Position numbers and translations under genes: made by a program. The notes beneath the pieces are model-generated. The model was given only the letters and a program-made list of their open reading frames with translations. It had not been told where the DNA came from and searched no databases. 64,000 bases of DNA from Vulcanimicrobiota bacterium (GTDB lineage: Bacteria > Vulcanimicrobiota > Vulcanimicrobiia > Vulcanimicrobiales > Vulcanimicrobiaceae), in assembly GCA_963733295.1 (NCBI GenBank), contig CAVTCS010000003.1:2688001-2752000 (forward strand). Reading direction: 5' to 3'. Shown piece after piece: positions 57,365-64,000 of the stretch; position 1 is the stretch's first letter; every line of letters begins with the position of its first letter.

Positions 57365-58512
57365 CACAACCCCATCAAGCGGGCGATCACCAGTCGTTGC
57401 ACTTCGTTCGTACCCTCACCGATCTCGTTGATCTTCTGATCGCGATACATGCGCGAGACCGGGTATTCGTCCATGAAGCCGTAGCCCCCGTGTATCTGGA
57501 CCGCTTCGTTTACGACGCGCCGCGAAACCTCGCCCGAGTAGAGCTTGGCCAGACTCGCCGTCATGACGTAGTCGCGCCCGCTGTCCTTTTCCCAGGCTGC
57601 TTTCAGGACCATCAGCTTCGCGTGTTCGATCTCGCACAACATGTCCGCTAGCTTGAACTGGATGGCTTGAAACTTTGAGATCGATTGTCCGAACTGCTGA
57701 CGCTCCTTGGCGTACTTCAGCGCTTCGTCGTAAGCGCCCAGCGCGAGCCCCACCGAAAGGGCCGCGACCGAGATACGGCCGCCGTCGAGGATCGTCAGGA
57801 ACTGTTTGAGGCCTCGGCCGCGCTCGCCGAGCAGGTTCGCTTCGGGAACGCGCGCGTCGCTGAACGAAAGCTCCCGCGTATCCGACGCCTTCCAGCCCAT
57901 CTTTCGATACTTCTTGCTGCGCACGAAGCCTGGGGCGTCCTGCGGCACGATCAAGTTCGAGATTTCGGGGCGGCCCTGCGCGTCGGTCCCCGTGATGACG
58001 GTGATCGTCGTGCCGCCCGTGATGTCGGTTCCGCTGTTGGTGATGAAGGCCTTGGTGCCGTTCACGATCCAGTGACCGTCGCGGAGTTCGGCTCGCGTAC
58101 GCGTGCCGCCGGCGTCGCTGCCGGCCTGCGGCTCGGTCAGGCCGAACCCCCAGAGCATTTCGCCGCGCGCCAGGGGCACGAGGTAGCGTTGTTTCTGATC
58201 TTCGGTGCCGAAGAGATAGAAGGGCATCGAGCCGAGCGAAACGTGCGCCGCCAGGGTGATCGCGGTCGAGGCATCGGCCCGCGCGATCTCGAGGACGGCG
58301 AGCGCGTAACTGACCGTGTCGCCGCCCGAGCCGCCATACTCTTCGGGGAAAGGCAAACCCATGAGGCCGAGTTCGGCCATCTTCTTGACGAGATCGTACG
58401 GAAACTCGGCTTTCGAGTCGATCTCTTCGGCACGCGCGCGCACTTCGTCACGCGCAAACTCGTGGCAGAGCGCTTGAATCGCTTTCTGCTCGTCGCTCAG
58501 ATCAAAGTCCAT
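57364..58512 (-). CDS. Acyl-CoA dehydrogenase
   Basis: GLTEPQAGSDA, NGTKAFITN, RQQFG, QIHGGYG, IGEGTNEVQR motifs. Confidence 0.95.
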   Translation of the reverse strand: MDFDLSDEQKAIQALCHEFARDEVRARAEEIDSKAEFPYDLVKKMAELGLMGLPFPEEYGGSGGDTVSYALAVLEIARADASTAITLAAHVSLGSMPFYLFGTEDQKQRYLVPLARGEMLWGFGLTEPQAGSDAGGTRTRAELRDGHWIVNGTKAFITNSGTDITGGTTITVITGTDAQGRPEISNLIVPQDAPGFVRSKKYRKMGWKASDTRELSFSDARVPEANLLGERGRGLKQFLTILDGGRISVAALSVGLALGAYDEALKYAKERQQFGQSISKFQAIQFKLADMLCEIEHAKLMVLKAAWEKDSGRDYVMTASLAKLYSGEVSRRVVNEAVQIHGGYGFMDEYPVSRMYRDQKINEIGEGTNEVQRLVIARLMGL

Positions 58513-58604
58513 AGTCAGAGGTATCCGTCCTCTCCGGCGCCGAAAACTCCTGTAATGTCATCGCTCGAGCGGCCACGTCTGCGCAGAGCCGATGGGTGTG
58601 TCGT

Positions 58605-59363
58605 ATGATCGTGCTTCGCGACGTTACCCTGGTATATCCCAACGGGACGCGTGCTCTCGATGGGATCGAGCTCGAAATCAAAAAGGGGAGCTTCGTTTTT
58701 CTGGTCGGCCATTCTGGCACCGGAAAGTCGAGCCTACTCCGTTTGCTGTATCGCGAACAGGTCCCAACGCGCGGTGAAGTGACCGTCGACGGCGTGCGGG
58801 TCGATCGCCTGCGGCGCTCGCGCGTCGCTCAGTTGCGCCGCAGCGTCGGCGTCGTGTTCCAAGATTTCAAGCTTCTGGCCGACAAGACGGTCTGGGAAAA
58901 CGTCGCCTTCGCGCTGCAGGTCACGGGAACGCGGACCGACGACGTGATGCGCCAAGTTCCCAGGGTCCTCGACCTGGTCGGACTCTCCCACAAGTCGCGC
59001 ATGTTTCCGAGCGAGCTTTCGGGCGGCGAACAACAGCGCACCGCAATCGCGCGCGCGCTGGTCAACAATCCGAAGATTCTGCTGTGCGACGAACCGACCG
59101 GTAACCTCGATCCCGCCAACACGAACGACGTGATGGAGCTCCTTCACCGCATCAACCTCAAAGGTACGACGGTCGTCATCGCGACCCACAACGCGCTGGT
59201 CGTCGACCGGATGCGCCGGCGCGTCATCCGCTTGGAAGACGGCCGGATCGTGGCCGACGAGGAACGCGGCTACTACCACGCGGCAAGCGGCAGCGCCGAC
59301 GCCGACGTGGCTCTCGCTCGGAGTCGCAATGGACTGGGGACGGCTACAGTTCTTCCTCGGTGA
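58605..59363 (+). CDS. ftsE: Cell division ATP-binding protein FtsE
   Basis: [35 protein letters not shown] motifs. Confidence 0.95.
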   Translation: MIVLRDVTLVYPNGTRALDGIELEIKKGSFVFLVGHSGTGKSSLLRLLYREQVPTRGEVTVDGVRVDRLRRSRVAQLRRSVGVVFQDFKLLADKTVWENVAFALQVTGTRTDDVMRQVPRVLDLVGLSHKSRMFPSELSGGEQQRTAIARALVNNPKILLCDEPTGNLDPANTNDVMELLHRINLKGTTVVIATHNALVVDRMRRRVIRLEDGRIVADEERGYYHAASGSADADVALARSRNGLGTATVLPR

Positions 59364-60210
59364 GATCCGCCGCAACTTCACGCGGAATCTCATCATGCAG
59401 TTGACCGCGATCGGCACCGTTACGGTGACGATCGTCTTGCTCGGAGCGTTTTTGTTCACGCGCCAAGCGCTGGGAAAGATCGGCGACGACGTACTTCACA
59501 AGATCGAAATCTCGGTCTTCCTGAAGGACGGTGCGACCCAGGACGCGGCCAAGGCCCTCGAGGCCAAGGTCGCTGCCGATCCAAGGGTCGCGAGCGTCGT
59601 CTTCATTCCCAAGGCCGAGGGGTTGCGTGAAATGCGCGCGCGGCTGCAAGGGCAGATCGATACCTCGCTTCTGACGCAAAACCCGTTGCCCGACGCGCTG
59701 CGCGTCAAGGTCGTGCGCCCGCAAGAGGTGCGCGCCGTCGCCGAGGCGATCCGCACCCTGCCGAACGTGGCGAGCGTCGAGTACGCCCACGACATCGTCG
59801 AACGGCTGCTGACGCTTTCGGACGTCTTCGGCAAGATCGGACTCGGCGTCGTGGCGCTCTTGCTCTTCACGGCGGCGATCATCATCTCGAACACGATCCG
59901 GTTGACCGTCTTCGCGCGGCGCCGCGAGATCGCAATCATGCGGCTCGTGGGCGCTTCGGGAACCTACATTCGCTTGCCGTTCGTCGTCGAAGGACTCATC
60001 GACGGTTTGCTCGGTGCCGCGATCGCGCTCGCGATCCTCGAACTCGGGCGCTCGCAGCTGATACCGAAACTCGCCGTCGCGCTTCCCTTCGTGCCGCTCT
60101 CGAGTACGAACGTCGAACAGCTTTGGCTCGCGGCAGTGCTGCTCGGAACGGGCGCGCTGATCGGAATCGTCGCCTCGTGGATCTCGGTGGGACGGTACCT
60201 TCGCGCGTGA
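59329..60210 (+). CDS. ftsX: Cell division permease FtsX
   Basis: NPLPD, ISNTIRLTVFARRREIAIMRLVGA, PFVVEG motifs. Confidence 0.95.
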   Translation: MDWGRLQFFLGEIRRNFTRNLIMQLTAIGTVTVTIVLLGAFLFTRQALGKIGDDVLHKIEISVFLKDGATQDAAKALEAKVAADPRVASVVFIPKAEGLREMRARLQGQIDTSLLTQNPLPDALRVKVVRPQEVRAVAEAIRTLPNVASVEYAHDIVERLLTLSDVFGKIGLGVVALLLFTAAIIISNTIRLTVFARRREIAIMRLVGASGTYIRLPFVVEGLIDGLLGAAIALAILELGRSQLIPKLAVALPFVPLSSTNVEQLWLAAVLLGTGALIGIVASWISVGRYLRA

Positions 60211-61445
60211 GGGCTTTCGCCGCGACCGTCTTGAGCGCGGCGTTGTTCGGCGCGGCGCCGCTCCTCGCCGGCGCCGCCGGCAAACACGAGGTCGCTTCGA
60301 TCGGCGACAAGATCCAGTCGCAACAGGCTCAAATCGAGGCGACCCGCAAGCGCCTTGAAGAAAAGCGTCACCTGCTCCAGTTCCAGGAGTTGCGCGCCGG
60401 CGATCTGCACCGGCAACTCGACCAGACGAACGGCTCGATCTCGCGCGCCGGCGCGATGCTCGACCAGATCTCGGGCGAGGTGACGTACAACCGGCGCAAC
60501 CTGACCTGGAACGAACTCCAGCTCGAAGCCGCTCGAACCACCTTGGCGCGCCATACGGCCGCGCTCGAGCGCCGCATCGTCGACGCCTACGAACACGGCG
60601 ACCTGGGCTACGTGAACGTGCTGCTTTCCGCTTCGTCGTTCACCGATTTCGTCGAGCGTTGGGACGACATCCGTTACCTCATCGCGCAAAATCAGCACAC
60701 CGTGCGCGAGCGCAAAGCCGCCGAAGCGCGCGTCGCCGCCGCGGAGCAAGCGCTCGAAGCGGAGCGCGCGGCGCTCGACGATTCGCTGTTGCGCGAGCAG
60801 CAGACGCGCTACAAACTCGCCGCGCTGGCCGACCAGCGCGCGCAGCTCGTCGCGATGGCCGACCAGCAGCGGCTCAGCGTGGCGCACGAGGTGGCGCAGC
60901 TGGAAGATCTTTCGGCGGCGCAAGAAGCGGCGCTCGAAGCTTTGATCCGTCAGCGTCAAGCCGCCGAAGCGGCGCGCCGCGCCGCGGAAAACGAAGCGCG
61001 CCGCCGAGCCGCGCAGTTAGCCGGAGTCGAGTTGCCGCCGCCGATCAGCGACGGCGCGCCGAGCAGCTTCGGATGGCCCGTCTCGGGCCCCATCACCTCG
61101 CCTTTCGGCATGCGGAACGATCCTTTGGGGCGCGGCTTCCGCATGCATACAGGCATCGACATCGGGGCTCCGATGGGCTCGACGGTGACCGCTTCCGCAG
61201 GCGGCCGCATCATCTACGCCGGCTGGGAAGGCGGCTACGGGAACACGATCATCATCGATCACGGCGGCGCGACCTCGACGCTCTACGCGCACCTCTCACA
61301 GATCTTCATTTCGCAGGGCCAAGACGTCCAGCGCGGCCAGGCGATCGGCGCGGTCGGGTGCACCGGCAACTGCACCGGTCCGCACCTGCACTTCGAGATC
61401 CGGCTGAACGGCGTCCCGACCGACCCGACCGCTCGCCTGCGCTAG
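60207..61445 (+). CDS. Coiled-coil M23 peptidase (EnvC/CwlO-like FtsEX partner)
   Basis: Signal peptide, coiled coil, WPVSG, HTGID, YAHL, GPHLHFE motifs. Confidence 0.92.
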   Translation: MRAFAATVLSAALFGAAPLLAGAAGKHEVASIGDKIQSQQAQIEATRKRLEEKRHLLQFQELRAGDLHRQLDQTNGSISRAGAMLDQISGEVTYNRRNLTWNELQLEAARTTLARHTAALERRIVDAYEHGDLGYVNVLLSASSFTDFVERWDDIRYLIAQNQHTVRERKAAEARVAAAEQALEAERAALDDSLLREQQTRYKLAALADQRAQLVAMADQQRLSVAHEVAQLEDLSAAQEAALEALIRQRQAAEAARRAAENEARRRAAQLAGVELPPPISDGAPSSFGWPVSGPITSPFGMRNDPLGRGFRMHTGIDIGAPMGSTVTASAGGRIIYAGWEGGYGNTIIIDHGGATSTLYAHLSQIFISQGQDVQRGQAIGAVGCTGNCTGPHLHFEIRLNGVPTDPTARLR

Positions 61446-61554
61446 GCTGCGCCCGGGAGCGCCGCCCGCTCGCCTGCGTGAAGGGAGGATGAAAACCCGT
61501 CACAGGGGGTGCTTTACCAGAACAAATGGAGCTTTGGGCGCGTACAATACGGAA

Positions 61555-63027
61555 ATGACGAAACCGGGAGGCGAGTCCACCCCGCCCCAGAAGGACGACG
61601 CCTCCATGCCCCCTCGCGCGTTCCGCGCTCTGACCGCCGCGTTCGTCGTCGCGCTCGCTTCGCTCGGCGGAGCTTTGTATTTGGCCCACGAGCGCGCCGG
61701 ACAGAACGCCGAGATCGTCGTCGAGCCGGGACCCGGCGTGGCGACGCTCGACGACCTGCACCAGCTGCTCATGAATCCGCATGCCGCCGACCAGCGCATG
61801 CTCGACAACGCGTTTCGCCAAGTCGAAAAGGCCTTCTATAAACCGGTCAACGCGCAGACGCTCCTAACCGGCGAACAGCGCGAGCTCGTGACCTACTTAC
61901 GGCACCATCGCGTGGCCGATCCGGCGATACCGTTCAGTTTTGCGAACGGCGACGAAGCGCACGACGTGCAGTTGCTCAATCGCGACCTGCAGCTCGCGCA
62001 GTCGCAATACGGAAAGGTGACCTCCGATACGGAGCTTACCCAGGCCGCGATTCGGGGCATGCTCAACTCGCTGGGGGATCCGTACACGACCTACCTTTCG
62101 TCGAGCGAGATCAACAGTTTGGAGGAGTCGCTCAAGGGCGGCGACTTCGGCGGAATCGGCGTCTACATCGAGCAGGATCCACGAACCAAAGCGATCGTCG
62201 TGGCGCCGATCGAAGACACGCCGGCCTATCGCGCGGGCGTCAAAGTCGGCGACGAAATCCTGGCGGTCGACGGAAAGCCCGTGGCCGGGCTAAAGCTCGA
62301 TGAAGTCGAGCACCTCATTCGCGGCCGGACCGGAACGGTCGTACGGCTGCAGGTCCGCTCGCACGGCGGCAGCGGCAACGCTAGCCACACCGTCGCGATC
62401 GTTCGCGACCACATCGTCGTGCCATCGGTTCACGCCAAGATGGAAAACGGCTACGAATACATTCGCTTGGCGGACTTCGGCCAGACCTCGTACGACGAAG
62501 TGCGCAAGGCCTTGCTTGCCGGCAAGAACGCGGGAGCCAAGGGCTACATCCTCGACTTACGCGACAACGGCGGCGGCCTGCTCGAAGCGGCCGTTCAAAT
62601 TTCGAGCCTTTTCATCCCGCACGGGACGATCGTCTCGACCATCGACCGCTGGGGCGGCCGCGAAACGAAGACCGCCGAAGACGATTCCATCGGCGCGGCG
62701 CCGCTCGTGGTCCTGGTTAACAAGTACACGGCGAGCGCCTCGGAAATCACCGCCGGCGCGATTCAGGACTACCGAGTGGGTACGTTGATCGGAACCAAGA
62801 CCTATGGTAAGGGTGTCGTGCAAAGTATCTACAACCTGAGCGACGGCGGCGCGTTAAAGATCACGACCGCACGGTACGTGACGCCGCTCGGACGCGACAT
62901 CCACCACAAGGGCATCCAGCCCGACATCTTCGTCGATCAGTCCGTCGACGCCCCGATCATCGACACTCCCAAAGACACTCAACTCGCGGCCGCTAAGGCA
63001 TATCTGCGCCGCAACGCTTACAGGTAA
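61555..63027 (+). CDS. S41 C-terminal processing protease (CtpA-like)
   Basis: DPYTTY, GIGV PDZ, LDLRDNGGG, TASASEI, TYGKG. Start uncertain (61555 or 61606). Confidence 0.93.
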   Translation: MTKPGGESTPPQKDDASMPPRAFRALTAAFVVALASLGGALYLAHERAGQNAEIVVEPGPGVATLDDLHQLLMNPHAADQRMLDNAFRQVEKAFYKPVNAQTLLTGEQRELVTYLRHHRVADPAIPFSFANGDEAHDVQLLNRDLQLAQSQYGKVTSDTELTQAAIRGMLNSLGDPYTTYLSSSEINSLEESLKGGDFGGIGVYIEQDPRTKAIVVAPIEDTPAYRAGVKVGDEILAVDGKPVAGLKLDEVEHLIRGRTGTVVRLQVRSHGGSGNASHTVAIVRDHIVVPSVHAKMENGYEYIRLADFGQTSYDEVRKALLAGKNAGAKGYILDLRDNGGGLLEAAVQISSLFIPHGTIVSTIDRWGGRETKTAEDDSIGAAPLVVLVNKYTASASEITAGAIQDYRVGTLIGTKTYGKGVVQSIYNLSDGGALKITTARYVTPLGRDIHHKGIQPDIFVDQSVDAPIIDTPKDTQLAAAKAYLRRNAYR

Positions 63028-63036
63028 GAAGGAAGT

Positions 63037-64000
63037 ATGAAGCGCGTTCTCCCGGTCATTGCTGCGTTCGCCCTGACAGCGATGACGCTGCACGTTTCCT
63101 CGGCGACGGCGGCACCGGGGCTATCGACCCTCGAGAGCGACGAGCTCGAAATGAGCTACTCGCTCGTCACCTCGGAGTTCTACAAGAAGGTCGAAGCGCA
63201 AACGCTGCTCAACGGCGCACGCGACGAGATGATCGCGTATCTCAAGAAGAACGGCGTCCCCTCGCCGAACGTGCCGCAACTTCGAGCGGTCGACGATCCG
63301 ACCCTCAACGCACGCGCCCTCGAACGCGAGGTCTCGAGCGTGGTCAGCGCTTACGGAGCGAAATTGGGAAGCCGCGCGCTGACGTATGAAGCGATCACCG
63401 GCCTGCTGGCTTCCGTCAAAGATAAGTACACGACGTTCTTGTCGCCCAAGGAATATGCGGCGCTGAACGAAGGCCTCGACGGCGGAAACTTCAGCGGCGT
63501 CGGAATCGCGATTCAGGTCGACGATCAGAGCAAGCTGCTGCGCGTCAACGACGTGATCGAGGGCGGACCGGCCGAAAAGGCAGGCCTTCAACCCGGCGAT
63601 GTGATCAGCGAAATCGACGGAAAATCGACCAAGGGTCTCACGACCGACGACGACGCCAAGATGCTGCGCGGCAAAGAAGGCACGCAGGTCAAACTGCAGA
63701 TCCTGCGCGGCGGCAACCCGATCCCGGCGGTCGACGTGACGCGCGCCGTGATTCACCAGCCCTCGGTTTACTCGCGCATGCTCGACAACGGCATCGGCTA
63801 CGCGCGGCTGACCGTCTTCGGCTCGAACACCGCGCAAGAGCTGACGGCGGCCCTCAATAAGCTCGAGGCTCAGGGTGCCAAGGCCTACATTCTCGACCTC
63901 CGCGACAACGGCGGCGGCTACCTGAACGCGGCGATCGACGTCAGCTCCAAGTTCATTCCTTCGGGCGCGATCGTTTCGGTCGAAGCCCGCGGCGGCAACG
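63037..64000 (+). CDS. Second S41 C-terminal processing protease, truncated at window edge
   Basis: Not in the ORF track. SD AAGGA, signal peptide MKRVLPVIAAFAL, DKYTTF, FSGVGI PDZ, LDLRDNGGG. Confidence 0.92.
   Translation, partial: MKRVLPVIAAFALTAMTLHVSSATAAPGLSTLESDELEMSYSLVTSEFYKKVEAQTLLNGARDEMIAYLKKNGVPSPNVPQLRAVDDPTLNARALEREVSSVVSAYGAKLGSRALTYEAITGLLASVKDKYTTFLSPKEYAALNEGLDGGNFSGVGIAIQVDDQSKLLRVNDVIEGGPAEKAGLQPGDVISEIDGKSTKGLTTDDDAKMLRGKEGTQVKLQILRGGNPIPAVDVTRAVIHQPSVYSRMLDNGIGYARLTVFGSNTAQELTAALNKLEAQGAKAYILDLRDNGGGYLNAAIDVSSKFIPSGAIVSVEARGGN

Overview
High-GC bacterial chromosomal window with about 57 genes. The gene content and Gram-positive-type LexA boxes suggest a Terrabacteria lineage such as Ca. 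Eremiobacterota; this is inference only. No rRNA, tRNA, CRISPR array, integrase or transposase was recognised. Housekeeping and transport genes include ggt, a NatAB-like ABC pair, dppABC, an OFA MFS transporter, polX, a nicotinate PRTase, fni, rpsO, panD, ltaE, pnp, mqnL/mqnP-like genes, qor, an acyl-CoA dehydrogenase, and ftsEX-M23-ctpA-ctpA. Main points of interest: (1) a split imuA-[esterase]-imuB ... dnaE2 mutasome driven by two near-identical promoters with a CGAAC-N4-GTTCG box in the spacer, near an SbcCD/YhaON-like pair; (2) an abrupt C-to-G synonymous codon switch in dnaE2 centred on an in-frame insertion; (3) a YtrA-like GntR/ABC operon bracketed by two unannotated small ORFs with a visible operator; (4) a Spy-like lipoprotein/MFP/dual-RND operon with no outer-membrane factor, whose first RND has a ~207-aa low-complexity loop insertion and four +1 frameshifts; (5) two signal-less trypsin-like proteases coupled to a pseudo-receiver LuxR regulator; (6) a degenerate ABC-ATPase/membrane pair; (7) apparent leaderless genes and CTG starts. 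All family calls come from reading motifs by eye; no database searches were run.
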